From assembly GCA_037385645.1 (NCBI GenBank), contig JARRMU010000020.1, forward strand, positions 646-64,645: a stretch of 64,000 nt of DNA, written 5' to 3'. Position numbers and translations under genes: made by a program. This DNA comes from Gemmatimonadales bacterium. GTDB lineage: Bacteria > Gemmatimonadota > Gemmatimonadetes > Palauibacterales > Palauibacteraceae. The notes beneath the pieces were generated by a model. The model was not told where the DNA came from, did not search any database, and saw nothing but the letters and a program-made list of their open reading frames with translations. Positions 31,157-42,005 of this stretch are shown here, in pieces. Position 1 is the stretch's first letter. The number at the start of each line of letters is the position of its first letter.

Positions 31157-32911
31157 GTGACCGAGGCCGTTCGACGTCGCCGTCGCTGGATCGAGCCGAA
31201 ACCGGTCTCTGCCGCTGACGTAGACGTGCTCCGCGACTCCCTCCAGCTCCCCTCGATTCTCTGTCAGCTCCTGGTTCGCCGCGGCTGCCGCGATCCCGAC
31301 GCCGCCCGCGACTATCTCCGCCCCCGTCTCGAGACCCTCTCGCCTCCGGAATCCCTTCCCGACCTGACGGCAGCCGTCGATCGTATCGAGAGGGCGATTG
31401 CTGCGGCCGAGACGATCCTCGTACATGGTGACTACGACGTCGATGGCATGACCGCAGCGGCCCTGCTCGCGAGGGGTTTGCGGGAGCTCGGTGGACGGGT
31501 GGACGCCTTCGTGCCTCACCGGTTGAGGGATGGGTACGATCTGGGAGCGGCCGGCCTTGCTCGGGCGGAGGAGATCGGTGCACGACTCGTGCTCACCGCC
31601 GACTGTGGAATGACGGCCCAGGAGGCGGTCGACGCGGCGAACGAAGCCGGAATCGACGTCATCGTAACCGATCACCACAGACCGGGTCTCCGGCTCCCGG
31701 CGGCTCGAGCCATCGTGAACCCGCACCGTGCCGACAGCGAGTACCCGTTCGACGGCCTCACCGGAGTCGGCGTGGCTTTCAGGCTGCTTACGGCGCTGCA
31801 TCGCAGGGCCGACCTTTCTAGCGGCTCGCTGAATCGTCACCTCGACCTCGTGGCGATCGGGACGATCGCAGATCGGGGTCCACTTGTCGGGGAGAATCGG
31901 ATACTGGTGAGGGCCGGGCTTCGGGTGCTGGCCCGCACCCGGAACCGTGGCCTACGGGCTCTGATGGCGGCGGCGCGAGTTTCGCCGCTCGACGACCGGG
32001 TCACCGCGGAGGACGTGGCTTTCCAGCTGGCTCCGCGACTGAACGCTGTGGGGCGCGTGGGGGCGGCTGAAGAGGGCCTTCGCTTGCTGATCACCGAGGA
32101 TGCGGCGGAGGCCGAGACGTTAGCGTGGAAGTTGGAGGACCAGAATCGGAGGCGGCGGGCCACCGACAGACAGGTGACCGAAGAAGCAGAGGCGCAGCTG
32201 AGGGATAGCTTCGACCCGGAGCGCGATGCAGCGTTCGTGCTGTGGAGCGACGACTGGCACCCCGGCGTGCTCGGCATCGTGGCCTCGCGGATTGCCGAGC
32301 GCTTCTGCCGGCCCACGGTCATCATCAGCTTCGACGGTGATCTGGGTAGGGGATCGGCCCGCTCCGCCGGAGGAGCCAACCTCATCGGCGTGCTCGACGG
32401 GTGTTCGGCTCTGCTCGTGCGGTACGGAGGGCACCGCGAGGCGGCGGGGCTGGACCTCCGCCGGGAAACCCTCGAGGAGTTCAGGCAGCGGTTCTTGAGC
32501 GAAGTGTCGGCCCTGTCGGCCGTCGCGCCGCCGGCCGGGGAGGCTGCGGTGACGGGCGAGGGACAGGAGCTGGAGATCGACCTGCAGGTGACGCTCACCG
32601 AGGCCGAGGACGCGATCCGCGTCTGGCTGCGTCACTTCGAACCCTTCGGTTTCGAGAACCCACGACCGGTGCTTCTCGCGAGGGACATTCGCTTCGAAGA
32701 TCTCACTCTAGTCGGTGCCGACCGGTCCCACATCAGGGCTACTGTCCTCGGTGAGGAGGGTGGGAGGCTTCCGGCGATCGGCTTCGGGATGGGTGATCGA
32801 GCCGCCGAGTTGCAGGAAGGCAGCTGGGATCTCGCGTTCGAGCTTGTCGAGGACACCTGGCGGGGCCGACACCGTGTCCAGGCTCGCCTGCTCGACGCCC
32901 GCGGCGCTTGA
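31157..32911 (+). CDS. recJ: single-stranded-DNA-specific exonuclease RecJ
   Basis: DHH motifs (ILVHGDYDVDGMT), DHHR and DHH-associated domain; GTG start just after upstream stop. Confidence 0.9.
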   Translation: MTEAVRRRRRWIEPKPVSAADVDVLRDSLQLPSILCQLLVRRGCRDPDAARDYLRPRLETLSPPESLPDLTAAVDRIERAIAAAETILVHGDYDVDGMTAAALLARGLRELGGRVDAFVPHRLRDGYDLGAAGLARAEEIGARLVLTADCGMTAQEAVDAANEAGIDVIVTDHHRPGLRLPAARAIVNPHRADSEYPFDGLTGVGVAFRLLTALHRRADLSSGSLNRHLDLVAIGTIADRGPLVGENRILVRAGLRVLARTRNRGLRALMAAARVSPLDDRVTAEDVAFQLAPRLNAVGRVGAAEEGLRLLITEDAAEAETLAWKLEDQNRRRRATDRQVTEEAEAQLRDSFDPERDAAFVLWSDDWHPGVLGIVASRIAERFCRPTVIISFDGDLGRGSARSAGGANLIGVLDGCSALLVRYGGHREAAGLDLRRETLEEFRQRFLSEVSALSAVAPPAGEAAVTGEGQELEIDLQVTLTEAEDAIRVWLRHFEPFGFENPRPVLLARDIRFEDLTLVGADRSHIRATVLGEEGGRLPAIGFGMGDRAAELQEGSWDLAFELVEDTWRGRHRVQARLLDARGA

Positions 32912-33468
32912 GGCTGCGCATCGTCGCTGGGGAGCTCGGCGGCCGCGTGATCCTCGTTCCCCGACGGCCGGAGCTCCGCGCGACGCCGGATCGAGTCCGG
33001 GAGGCCTGGTTCAGCGCGCTCGGCACGCGACTCGAAGCGGCGGCGGTGATAGACCTGTTTGCGGGATCGGGCGCCCTGGGGATCGAGGCGCTCTCGCGAG
33101 GGGCAACCCGCGTCGATTTCGTCGAAGCGGACAGCCGGCTCGTCGCCGCTCTGAGGTCGAACTTGGAGGAGCTGGGCGTAAGCGAGCGGGGCGATGTGCG
33201 GCGCGGGGATGTCTTCGCGTTCCTGGAGCTGCAGCGGGGTCGCCGGTGGGATGTGGCGTTGGCCGATCCGCCCTATCGTAAGGGGCTGGCGAACCGTCTG
33301 GTCGACCTGTTCCGAGCGCGACCGTTCGCCGATATCCTGTGCGTCGAGCATGAGCCTGGAGCCCTGGCCGGCGAGCGCGAGACCTTGTGGTCGCGTCGCT
33401 ACGGCGATGTTGAGCTGACGTTCCTGACAGCCGGTAAGACCGGCTCAGAAAGGGAGACGACTCAGTGA
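32908..33468 (+). CDS. rsmD: 16S rRNA (guanine966-N2)-methyltransferase
   Basis: DLFAGSGALGIEALSRGA and ADPPY motifs. Confidence 0.85.
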   Translation: MRLRIVAGELGGRVILVPRRPELRATPDRVREAWFSALGTRLEAAAVIDLFAGSGALGIEALSRGATRVDFVEADSRLVAALRSNLEELGVSERGDVRRGDVFAFLELQRGRRWDVALADPPYRKGLANRLVDLFRARPFADILCVEHEPGALAGERETLWSRRYGDVELTFLTAGKTGSERETTQ

Positions 33469-33977
33469 GCAAACCGGAGAGGACCGCGGTGTACCCGGGC
33501 TCTTTCGACCCTATCACGTTGGGGCACGACGACATCGTACGACGGAGCCTGAAGCTGGTGGACCGGGTGATCGTGGCCGTGGCCGAGACGTCGACCCAGA
33601 CGAAGTCGTCGCTGTTCGACTTGGAAGAGAGGGTGGAGATCCTGGAGCGCGTCTATAAGGGCGAGCCGCGAGTCACGATCTCGTCGTTCGAAGGACTTCT
33701 CGTGGACTTCGCTCGCACATCCGCCGCCCCGATCATCATTCGCGGCCTCCGGGCCGTGAGCGATTTCGAGTACGAGTTCCAGATGGCGCTCATGAACCGA
33801 TCGCTGTGGCCGCAGATCGAGGTGATCTTCATGACGCCGGACAACAAGTACACCTTTCTGAGCTCGTCCCTCGTCCGCGAGGTGGCCCGCCTCGGGGGCG
33901 ACGTGACCGCCTTCGTTCCTCCCACCGTCCTGGAAGTGATGGTGGCGCGCCTCGGTCCGAGCGTTGCCGGCGGATGA
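33465..33977 (+). CDS. coaD: phosphopantetheine adenylyltransferase
   Basis: [17 protein letters not shown] (T/HxGH) signature. Confidence 0.95.
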   Translation: MSKPERTAVYPGSFDPITLGHDDIVRRSLKLVDRVIVAVAETSTQTKSSLFDLEERVEILERVYKGEPRVTISSFEGLLVDFARTSAAPIIIRGLRAVSDFEYEFQMALMNRSLWPQIEVIFMTPDNKYTFLSSSLVREVARLGGDVTAFVPPTVLEVMVARLGPSVAGG

Positions 33978-34966
33978 CGCCAGGGAGCGTGCGGACGCCC
34001 CCCACGGAAGCCGCATCAAGGGGGCAGGCGGAGTTTCTGCGGTCGCTAGCCACGCGAGCGACCGCTCTCGGGCGCCGAATCGGGTTTCCGGAGCTCGGGG
34101 ACGAGCGGACGATCGAGGCCGTGGCCAGGCTGTCGATCGAAGGCCTCGTGCATCCGGTGGGCCTGGGTTCGGGCCCCGAGTTGCAGCGATTCCGCGAAAT
34201 CCTACCTGACGTCGAGTACCTGGACACCGCTCATCCGCCCGCCGATGCCTCGGCAGAGCCGCCCGAAGGGTGCGATGCGGGGTCGCCCCTCATGTTCGCG
34301 GCGGGCCTCGTTCGCTCGGGTTGGCTGGACGGGGCAGTAGCCGGCGCAGAGGCCGACACCGCGACGGTGATCCGGGCCGGGCTCCGCTGCATAGGGATGG
34401 CGTCCGGGACGGAAGTCGTGTCCAGCGCCTTCTACATGCTGCTGCGCGAGCCGACGCCGGTCGGATACTCGGTGCTCACGTTTGCCGATGGCGGCGTGGT
34501 TCCCGACCCGACACCCGTCCAGCTTGCGGAGATCGCAGAGCAGGCGGCGCGAGGACGCCGCATGATCGTCGGCGACGCACCGCGCGTCGCGTTCCTCTCA
34601 TACTCCACGCACGGCTCCGCCGAAGGGGCTTCCGTCGACCGCGTTCGCGAAGCTCTCCGGCTCTTCCGGAAGCGCTGTCCCTCCGTTGTGGCGGACGGGG
34701 AGCTCCAGGTCGATGCGGCGCTCATGCCGAGTGTAGCGGCACACAAGGCTCCCGGTTCGCCTCTCGGCGGCGACGCGAACGTGCTCATCTTCCCGGACCT
34801 GGACGCTGCCAACATCGCCTACAAGCTGGTGCAGCGGTTGGCCGGGGCCGAAGCGCTGGGTCCCATTCTGCAGGGGTTGGCGCGTCCACTGAACGATCTG
34901 TCCCGCGGGGCGGCGGCGGAGGACATCGTCTACGTCGCCTGCATCACCGCGCTCATGGCCGCCTGA
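33974..34966 (+). CDS. phosphate acetyl/butyryltransferase family protein
   Basis: PTA_PTB C-terminal signature [18 protein letters not shown]; ATGA-coupled to coaD; N-terminal run-on of the ORF track rejected. Confidence 0.7.
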   Translation: MTPGSVRTPPTEAASRGQAEFLRSLATRATALGRRIGFPELGDERTIEAVARLSIEGLVHPVGLGSGPELQRFREILPDVEYLDTAHPPADASAEPPEGCDAGSPLMFAAGLVRSGWLDGAVAGAEADTATVIRAGLRCIGMASGTEVVSSAFYMLLREPTPVGYSVLTFADGGVVPDPTPVQLAEIAEQAARGRRMIVGDAPRVAFLSYSTHGSAEGASVDRVREALRLFRKRCPSVVADGELQVDAALMPSVAAHKAPGSPLGGDANVLIFPDLDAANIAYKLVQRLAGAEALGPILQGLARPLNDLSRGAAAEDIVYVACITALMAA

Positions 34967-35009
34967 CGGCCAGCCGCGAAGGCGTCGAAGGGCTCGGCTG
35001 AGGGGAGCG

Positions 35010-35843
35010 ATGAGAGCCGAAGCGGCTGAACATCGGCGTGCCAAGCGGTCGCTGAGCCAGAACTTCCTGGTCGATCGGAACCTCCAGAAGAAGATCCTCG
35101 GGGAGCTGGATGCGGTTCCACATGATGTGGTGCTCGAGATCGGGGCGGGACACGGGGAACTCGGCGGTCGCCTCGCTGGAAGGGTAGCGCAGGTCATCCT
35201 CGTCGAGAAGGACGACGATTTGGCCCGGGAGCTAAGCGACAGATTCTCCGGCGACCCGAGCGTTAGAGTGGTTCACGACGACGCCCTCGAGGTCGACCTC
35301 TCGGCCCTGATCCCGGCAGGTCGGGCCTACCGGGTGCTCTCGAATCTTCCCTACGCGATCACGACCCCCCTCCTGTTTCGCATTCTGGACATGCGCCCTG
35401 CAGCGGAGCGGGTCGTGGTGACGGTGCAGCGGGAGGTCGCTGAGCGGATCGTGGCCGGTCCGGGGTCGAAGACCTACGGAGCGCTCAGCGTCGGCGTGCA
35501 GGTGCGGGGAGCCCCGCGGGTCGCCTTTCGCGTTGGCAGGAACGCGTTCCGCCCCGTGCCCGCGGTGGACTCGGCCGTGGTCGTGATCGATCCAGATCCG
35601 GGGGCACCGGACGCGGAGGAGGAGGCGGCGTTGCGCAGGCTGACCCGTGTGGTTTTCGGCCGGCGGCGCAAGCAGCTGCAAAAGATCCTGCGAAGCGCCC
35701 CGGAGTACCGTCTGTCTCAGCAAGAGGTCGAGCGGCTCGCGGCGACCGTCGGCTTCGATCTCCGCGACCGGCCCGAGACCCTCGATCCAGGGGAATTGCG
35801 TGCGCTGGCCCGCGGCCTGATCCGTCATGTTGAGAAGCGGTAG
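35010..35843 (+). CDS. rsmA: 16S rRNA (adenine1518/1519-N6)-dimethyltransferase
   Basis: KRSLSQNFLVD and LEIGAGHG motifs. Confidence 0.9.
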   Translation: MRAEAAEHRRAKRSLSQNFLVDRNLQKKILGELDAVPHDVVLEIGAGHGELGGRLAGRVAQVILVEKDDDLARELSDRFSGDPSVRVVHDDALEVDLSALIPAGRAYRVLSNLPYAITTPLLFRILDMRPAAERVVVTVQREVAERIVAGPGSKTYGALSVGVQVRGAPRVAFRVGRNAFRPVPAVDSAVVVIDPDPGAPDAEEEAALRRLTRVVFGRRRKQLQKILRSAPEYRLSQQEVERLAATVGFDLRDRPETLDPGELRALARGLIRHVEKR

Positions 35844-35891
35844 TTGCCGTCATATCTTGCTTGTGAAGGATTTCACAAGCGTCGCGGGAGC

Positions 35892-36533
35892 GTGAAAAAG
35901 ATCTCCGAGTCGGCTGTTCGCCGCCTTTCTCTTTACCTCCGTCTGCTCAAGGTCGTCGCCGGAAAGCAGGAGCTGATCTCGAGCCAGGAGCTCGCCGAGC
36001 GCAGCGGGGTCACGTCGGCACAGGTCCGCAAGGATCTGAGTCTGTTCGGATCCTTCGGCCAGAGGGGTCGAGGGTACGAGGTTCACGAGCTTATCGAGAC
36101 CCTGCAGGGAATCCTGGGGCTGGGCAGACGTTGGCGGGTCGCCATCGTGGGTGTCGGAAGACTCGGTTCGGCGCTGCTCGGCTATCGGGAGCTCAGCCAA
36201 CGCGGCTTCGATATCGTGGCCGCCTTCGACGTCGACGCGAGCAAGGTGGGCGCAAGGCTTCGCGGGCTCGAGGTGAGCGGCATCGATTCGCTGGAGCGCG
36301 TCATCCGCGAGCGCGAGGTGGAGATCGGGATCATCACGACTCCACCCGAGGCCGCGCCGGACATCGCCGACCGTCTTGCCACCGCCGGAGTGTCAGCCAT
36401 TCTGAACTTCGCGCCTGTGAAGATCGGGGGAGACGAGGGGACCGTAGTGCGGACGATGGACCTGGCGCTGGAGCTCGAAGGGCTGACCTTCGCGCTTACC
36501 TCCTCCCACGGAGCGGAGCGCTCCCACGCATGA
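35892..36533 (+). CDS. rex: redox-sensing transcriptional repressor Rex
   Basis: wHTH (RRLSLYLR) plus Rossmann GVGRLG; GTG start. Confidence 0.85.
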   Translation: MKKISESAVRRLSLYLRLLKVVAGKQELISSQELAERSGVTSAQVRKDLSLFGSFGQRGRGYEVHELIETLQGILGLGRRWRVAIVGVGRLGSALLGYRELSQRGFDIVAAFDVDASKVGARLRGLEVSGIDSLERVIREREVEIGIITTPPEAAPDIADRLATAGVSAILNFAPVKIGGDEGTVVRTMDLALELEGLTFALTSSHGAERSHA

Positions 36534-36543
36534 GGACGGCCAA

Positions 36544-37386
36544 GTGAGCGATCCGGGCCTGCGCTTCTCGGAGAGCTCATCGCTCGTCTCGCACGCGGTC
36601 AGCCTGATCGAGGAGAAGCCTCGGCACACCTCCAAGATCGCAGGCCGCGTGTTCGGCCTGAGCAACGGGCCTCCGGGATTGGCGGCACGCCTGGTATTCG
36701 AGCTGCTGGCCGAAGATCAACGAGTGGAGGTCGACGGCGACGGCGTCTGGCGGCTCGCGACGCGACCATCGAGGGACGAGCGACGCCTCGATGCCGTCTC
36801 GTTCGCCGTCGTGGATGTGGAGACGACCGGCATCCCGGTCTCACGAGGCGGCCGAATCATAGAGATCGCGCTGGCCGAGGTTCGCGGTGGAGTGATCCGG
36901 GACGAGTTCACCACGCTCGTAAACCCCGATCGTCCCGTGCCGCGCTGGGTCTCGGGCCTCACCGGCATCTCCGCCGAGATGGTGGCCGATGCGCCCAGAT
37001 TCCGAGATATCTGCGACGATCTCAGGGAGAGGCTGGAGGGCCGTGTGTTCGTCGCTCACAACGCAGCCTACGACTGGGCGTACGTGAGCGCCGAGATCCG
37101 GCGGGCCCGGATGTTGGTCCCGTGCGGACCGCGGCTCTGCACCGTCCGGCTGGCCCGGAAGGCGCTGCCGGGTCTGCAGCGTCGTGGCTTGGACTCCCTC
37201 GCGCGGTACTACGGCATCGAGATCGACGGACGGCATCGCGCGTGGGGAGATGCCCGGGCGACGGCGCTCCTGCTCATTCGGCTCTTGGCCGAGGCCGAGC
37301 GGACGGGCGTGAAGCACTGGGCGGAGCTGCAGAGTTGGTTGTCCGAGCGTCCCAAGCGCCGGCGACGACGGCGGGCGATCGGATGA
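36544..37386 (+). CDS. DnaQ-like 3'-5' exonuclease (DEDDh) with about 90-aa N-terminal extension
   Basis: Exo I VDVETTG, Exo II HNAAYD, Exo III H..GDA. Confidence 0.8.
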   Translation: MSDPGLRFSESSSLVSHAVSLIEEKPRHTSKIAGRVFGLSNGPPGLAARLVFELLAEDQRVEVDGDGVWRLATRPSRDERRLDAVSFAVVDVETTGIPVSRGGRIIEIALAEVRGGVIRDEFTTLVNPDRPVPRWVSGLTGISAEMVADAPRFRDICDDLRERLEGRVFVAHNAAYDWAYVSAEIRRARMLVPCGPRLCTVRLARKALPGLQRRGLDSLARYYGIEIDGRHRAWGDARATALLLIRLLAEAERTGVKHWAELQSWLSERPKRRRRRRAIG

Positions 37387-38238
37387 TTGTCTGCGAGGAT
37401 GGTGGGGTGCGCGTTCGCACGGTGGATGCGGGGCGACTGAAGCTGGATGGTGGCGCGATGTTCGGGGTCGTTCCCAAGCCGCTGTGGGTGCGCCAGATCC
37501 CGGCGGACGAGCGCAACCGGATACCGCTGGCCATGCGCTGTCTGCTCGTGGAGACCGGTCGAGAGGTGGTGCTTGTGGATACGGGTCTCGGCAACAAGGA
37601 GGATGCCAAGTTCCGGGAGATCTACGGGGTTCGTAATGCGGGCCGGCCGACGAGACTGGAAGACTCGCTCAGAGAGGTTGGGTTCGAGCCTGACGACGTG
37701 GACCTCGTCATTTGCACGCACCTTCACTTCGACCATGCCGGTGCTGTGCGATGACGGGGCGATCCGTCCCTCGTTCGGCCGGGCCCGCTATCTGGTTCGA
37801 CGTGGCGAATGGGAGTTTGCCCACGAGGCGAATGAACGGGTAAGGGCCAGCTACCTGCCGGCGAGCTTCGCACCGTTGACGGAGGCGGGCGTGTTGGAGT
37901 TCGTGGACGAGGATGTGGAGGTGGTGCCGGGGATCACCGTCGTGCGCACACCCGGCCATACCCCCTTCCACCAGTCGGTGATCGTGCGTGCGGGAAGCCA
38001 CACCGTGTTTTATCCCGCGGACCTCTCCCCGACCAGCGCCCACCTCAGGCTTCCCTGGATCATGGGGTACGACGTCGAGCCGCTGGTCACGCTGGAGAGC
38101 AAGCGCACGTGGCTGACCCGGGCGGGAGCAGGGAACTGGCACATCGTTCTCTGCCACGATCCGAAGATGGCCGCGGGTGTGGCGCGTCCTCGCGACGGCA
38201 GTGGCTGCGACGTGGCGGAGGTGCGCAGCGACGGTTAG
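37383..38238 (+). CDS. MBL-fold metallo-hydrolase (AHL-lactonase-like), interrupted by an apparent frameshift at ~37745-37752
   Basis: HLHFDHAG (HxHxDH) in frame 0 then stop; continuation (..VVRTPGHTPFH..) in the +1 frame; ATGA-coupled to the exonuclease. Confidence 0.7.
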
Positions 38239-38288
38239 TCGCGTGGGAAGCGCGAATGCGAAGAACAAACACGGAGGATGGAGAGATC

Positions 38289-39497
38289 ATGGACAAGGAG
38301 CATACAGCGGTCATAGTCGGTGCGGCCCGCCTGCCCACGGGCCGGTTTCTGGGCGGGCTCGCCCCGCTGACCGCTCCAGCGCTGGGCGCGAAGGCGATCG
38401 AGGCAGTCGTCGAGAGGTCGGGTGTGCCGGTCGCTGAGATCCAGGACGTGATCATGGGCAACGTGGTCCAGGCGGGCGTCGGACAGGCGCCGGCCCGCCA
38501 GGCGGCTATCCTGGGCGGCATTCCAGAGACGGTGCCGGCTGTCACGATCAACAAGGTATGCGGATCCGGACTCAAGGCGGCGATGCTGGCTGCCCAGGCC
38601 ATTCGCGCCGGGGACAACCAGGTGATCGTCGCCGGAGGCATGGAGTCGATGTCGAACGCGCCCTACCTCGTTCGCGGGTACCGCACCGGGGTCAAGTTCG
38701 GTGATCGCCAGGTGATCGATGGGCTGATCAACGACGGCCTCTGGTGTTCCTTCGGCGAGTGTCACATGGGCGGGTACGCGGAGTACACGGCCATGAAGGC
38801 CGAGATCAGTCGAGAAGACCAGGACGAGTTCGCGGTATCCAGTCACCAGAAGGCGGTGAGGGCCATCGATGCCGGCGAGTTCGACGCCGAGGTGGTTCCC
38901 GTCGAGGTGCCGGGCCGAAAGGGATCCGTGGTTGTCGATACCGATGAGCCGCCGCGGCGCGACACGTCGATGGAGGCGATGGCGAAGCTGAAGCCCGCTT
39001 TCGGGGCCGATGCGCCCCCCGAGGTGCAAGAGCTGAGCGTCACGGCAGGCAACGCCCCGGGCCTCAATGATGGAGCCGCGGCCCTGGTGATCGTGTCTGA
39101 GGCGTTCGCCGTGGCTCACGGCCTGGACATTCTCGCACGAATCTCAGCATATTCGGTCGGCGCGACCTCCCCCCGCGACCTCTTCTTCGCGCCGGTCGTG
39201 GCCGTGCAGAAGCTGATGGAGGCCGAGGGGACCACGGCGGACGATTACGGTCTCTACGAGATGAACGAAGCGTTTGCCGTACAGGTGCTGGCTGACGGGC
39301 GTCAGCTGGGAGTGGATTGGGACCGTGTCAACATCCGGGGCGGTGCCGTGGCGCTTGGGCACCCGATCGGTGCCTCGGGTGCGCGCATCCTGACGACGCT
39401 CGTGTACGCGATGCGGGATCGGGATATCGACAAGGGTCTGGCCACCCTCTGCCTGGGCGGCGGAAACGCGGTTGCCATGAGCATAGAACGTACTTGA
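38289..39497 (+). CDS. acetyl-CoA C-acetyltransferase (thiolase II)
   Basis: [10 protein letters not shown] active-site Cys, C-terminal GGGNAVA; GGAGAG RBS. Confidence 0.9.
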   Translation: MDKEHTAVIVGAARLPTGRFLGGLAPLTAPALGAKAIEAVVERSGVPVAEIQDVIMGNVVQAGVGQAPARQAAILGGIPETVPAVTINKVCGSGLKAAMLAAQAIRAGDNQVIVAGGMESMSNAPYLVRGYRTGVKFGDRQVIDGLINDGLWCSFGECHMGGYAEYTAMKAEISREDQDEFAVSSHQKAVRAIDAGEFDAEVVPVEVPGRKGSVVVDTDEPPRRDTSMEAMAKLKPAFGADAPPEVQELSVTAGNAPGLNDGAAALVIVSEAFAVAHGLDILARISAYSVGATSPRDLFFAPVVAVQKLMEAEGTTADDYGLYEMNEAFAVQVLADGRQLGVDWDRVNIRGGAVALGHPIGASGARILTTLVYAMRDRDIDKGLATLCLGGGNAVAMSIERT

Positions 39498-39540
39498 TAC
39501 TGAATATGATAACTACAAACGAAACAATATCATCCAGAGC
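39485..39540. promoter_or_regulatory. AT-rich island with dyad TGATAAC-N12-(A)ATATCA spanning the bioY start
   Basis: local drop in GC in a 68% GC genome; contains TTGATA and TATGAT boxes. Confidence 0.25.
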
Positions 39541-40081
39541 ACAATCGACACCCGTCGAGCGTAGTCTTCTGCGGGCGCTGGCGGTCTTCGTCTTTGCGGC
39601 TTTGACAGCCGTGGGAGCGAAATTAGCGGTGCCGCTGCCGGGCACGTCGGTGCCGTTCACCCTGCAGGTGTTCGCGGTTCTGTTGAGCGGCATCGTTCTC
39701 GGCCCCCGCCTTGGAGCATCCAGTCAGTTGCTCTACCTGGGGGCCGGCATCGCCGGACTTCCGGTCTTCATGGCCGGAGGAGGCCTGGCGTACCTGCTCG
39801 GGCCGACGGGAGGCTATCTGCTGGCGTTTCCCTTCGCGGCTGCCATCGCCGGATGGGCAGCCGGCAGATCCAGGGGAACTCTTCCGATGATCGCGGGCGC
39901 GACTCTGGGTGTCGCATGCATCCACCTGGCCGGCATCTCGTGGCTGGCTGCGCTCGGGGGTGAATCGGTGGCGTTTCGGGTGGGTGTGTTTCCGTTTCTA
40001 CCGGGGGATGTTCTGAAGATCGCGCTCGTCGTCCTTATCGGCGGACGGCTGCGCGCTCCTCTTCGCGGCGCCCTCGATTAG
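39506..40081 (+). CDS. bioY: biotin transporter BioY
   Basis: [25 protein letters not shown] BioY signature; first about 12 codons use atypical A/T-rich codons, so the true start is uncertain. Confidence 0.8.
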   Translation: MITTNETISSRAQSTPVERSLLRALAVFVFAALTAVGAKLAVPLPGTSVPFTLQVFAVLLSGIVLGPRLGASSQLLYLGAGIAGLPVFMAGGGLAYLLGPTGGYLLAFPFAAAIAGWAAGRSRGTLPMIAGATLGVACIHLAGISWLAALGGESVAFRVGVFPFLPGDVLKIALVVLIGGRLRAPLRGALD

Positions 40082-40105
40082 CCGCCCGAGCTCGGTGAGA
40101 GTCCG

Positions 40106-41041
40106 GTGATCCTGCGCGGGTCGGAGGGTCGCCTACGCGCGGGTTGGCGGCTCGGGCTCTTCGTGGTGGCATTCCTGACCCTTCTGCTCGCTCTCAACCA
40201 GCTGGCGGAGTGGCTGGGCGCGCCATGGCTGACCGGAGCCTGGCCGGAACGGTGGGTCTTTCTGATGCCGCTGGCGGCGGCGGGCATCGCGAGCTGGTTC
40301 ATGATGGAGGGTATCGAGCACAAGCCCCTGGCCGCGCTCGGTCTGCCCGTGGACCGCCTCGTTCCGTCCTCGTTCGGCAGCGGGGCGCTGCTTGGCGTCT
40401 CGCTGATGGGCCTCGTCGTCCTGGTCATGGTGGCGTCCGGGGCCCTCGCCTGGGCGCGGGAGCCTTCCAGCGCCGGACGCGCCGTCGCCGCCTTCCTCGA
40501 GCTCAGTGCCTTCCTGGCAGTGGCTGCGTTTGCCGAGGAGTTGCTGCTCAGGGGCTATCCGCTGCAAGTGATCGCGGAAGCCTTCGGCGGTCCTGCGGCC
40601 GTCCTGTTGACGGCCGTTGTGTTCGCTGGCCTTCACGCCCTGAATCCACATGTCTCACCTCTCGCGCTAGTCAACATCGCCCTGGCGGGCATCCTGCTGG
40701 GAGCCGCGTTGTGGCGGACGATGAGCCTGTGGTTCGTGACGGGTGTTCATTTCGGCTGGAACTGGATGATGGGAGTCGCCGCCGATCTGCCGGTGAGCGG
40801 GGTGGATGATGCCGTTCCCGGTTTTTCCCTTGACACTCCGGGCATCGAACCGGTCTTGAGGGGCTCGAGCTCGCTCACCGGAGGCTCCTTCGGGCCGGAA
40901 GCCAGCTGGGTCGTGACCGGAGTGACGCTTGCCGGCATCGTCTGGGTGGCGACTCGAAAGCGGCCCGGGCCTGCGCTCCGCGTGCTCGCGCTCGGGCCGC
41001 CGGCCGTGAAGCGGTCCGCGCCGCGCCGATCCGGTGCGTGA
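40106..41041 (+). CDS. CPBP family intramembrane glutamic endopeptidase (CAAX protease/Abi)
   Basis: EELLLRGY, FAGLHALN motifs; multi-TM. Confidence 0.8.
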   Translation: MILRGSEGRLRAGWRLGLFVVAFLTLLLALNQLAEWLGAPWLTGAWPERWVFLMPLAAAGIASWFMMEGIEHKPLAALGLPVDRLVPSSFGSGALLGVSLMGLVVLVMVASGALAWAREPSSAGRAVAAFLELSAFLAVAAFAEELLLRGYPLQVIAEAFGGPAAVLLTAVVFAGLHALNPHVSPLALVNIALAGILLGAALWRTMSLWFVTGVHFGWNWMMGVAADLPVSGVDDAVPGFSLDTPGIEPVLRGSSSLTGGSFGPEASWVVTGVTLAGIVWVATRKRPGPALRVLALGPPAVKRSAPRRSGA

Positions 41042-41126
41042 CGCAGAGTGACGATGGATGACGGATCAAGGAAGCTGAAGCCTCGCTCGGCGCCCGGTCC
41101 GAGCGATCAACGATAGGAGTCGAGAC

Positions 41127-41996
41127 GTGTCAGACGGACGGAGCATAGAGAAAGTCGGTGTTGTCGGCGCGGGTACGATGGGGAACGGGATCGCCCACGT
41201 GTGCTCGATCGCGGGCCTCGAGGTGCTGATGGTCGATGTCGACGCATCGGCGCTGGAGGGCGCCATGGCGACGATCGAGCGCAACCTCCAGCGGCAGGTC
41301 AAGAAGGAGGCGATCTTGGCCGGCGACGCCGAGAACGCCCTGGCACGCATCCAAACGGCGACGGATCCTTCCGCGCTGAGCGACGCCCAACTCGTCGTAG
41401 AAGCGGTGCCAGAGCGGGCCGAGCTGAAACGCGACGTCTTTGCGTCGCTCGGGGAAGTGAGTGGGCCCGACACGATCCTGGCCACGAACACGAGCTCGAT
41501 CTCCATCACCGAGATCGCCTCGGGCGTGGAGAGCCCGGAGCGCGTCATCGGCATGCACTTCATGAACCCCGTGCCGGTCATGAAACTCGTCGAGGTGATC
41601 CGCGGGCTGGAGACGAGCGACGCCACGACGGCCGTCGTCGTGGAACTCTGCGAGCGGCTCGGCAAGACACCCGTGGAGGTCAACGATTTCCCTGGCTTCG
41701 TGTCCAACCGTATCCTCATGCCGATGATCAACGAGGCGGTGTTCTGCCTCATGGAGGGAGTGGCGGAGCCGGAGGCGATCGACACGGTGATGAAGCTGGG
41801 CATGAACCACCCGATGGGCCCGCTGCAGTTGGCGGACCTCGTCGGCCTGGACACCTGTCTCTTTATCTGCGAAGTGCTTCAGCGTGACCTTGGCGACGAC
41901 AAGTACCGTCCCTGTACTCTGCTCAAGAAATACGTGGCTGCCGGGCGGCTGGGTCGAAAGAGCGGTCGCGGGTTCTACTCGTACGGAGAGGGCTGA
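41127..41996 (+). CDS. hbd: 3-hydroxybutyryl-CoA dehydrogenase
   Basis: [14 protein letters not shown] Rossmann, 3HCDH N and C domains. Confidence 0.9.
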   Translation: MSDGRSIEKVGVVGAGTMGNGIAHVCSIAGLEVLMVDVDASALEGAMATIERNLQRQVKKEAILAGDAENALARIQTATDPSALSDAQLVVEAVPERAELKRDVFASLGEVSGPDTILATNTSSISITEIASGVESPERVIGMHFMNPVPVMKLVEVIRGLETSDATTAVVVELCERLGKTPVEVNDFPGFVSNRILMPMINEAVFCLMEGVAEPEAIDTVMKLGMNHPMGPLQLADLVGLDTCLFICEVLQRDLGDDKYRPCTLLKKYVAAGRLGRKSGRGFYSYGEG

Positions 41997-42005
41997 CGCG
42001 GGCCG

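Noticed and set aside
33806-33973. Long N-terminal extension of the pta-like ORF, and similar run-on N-termini for ino1 (3815), prmA (24053), thiolase (38109), bioY (39317), MBL (37122), SPFH and tkt
   Set aside because: The extensions overlap upstream genes and are low-complexity. Internal starts with RBS or 4-nt overlap give canonical protein lengths.
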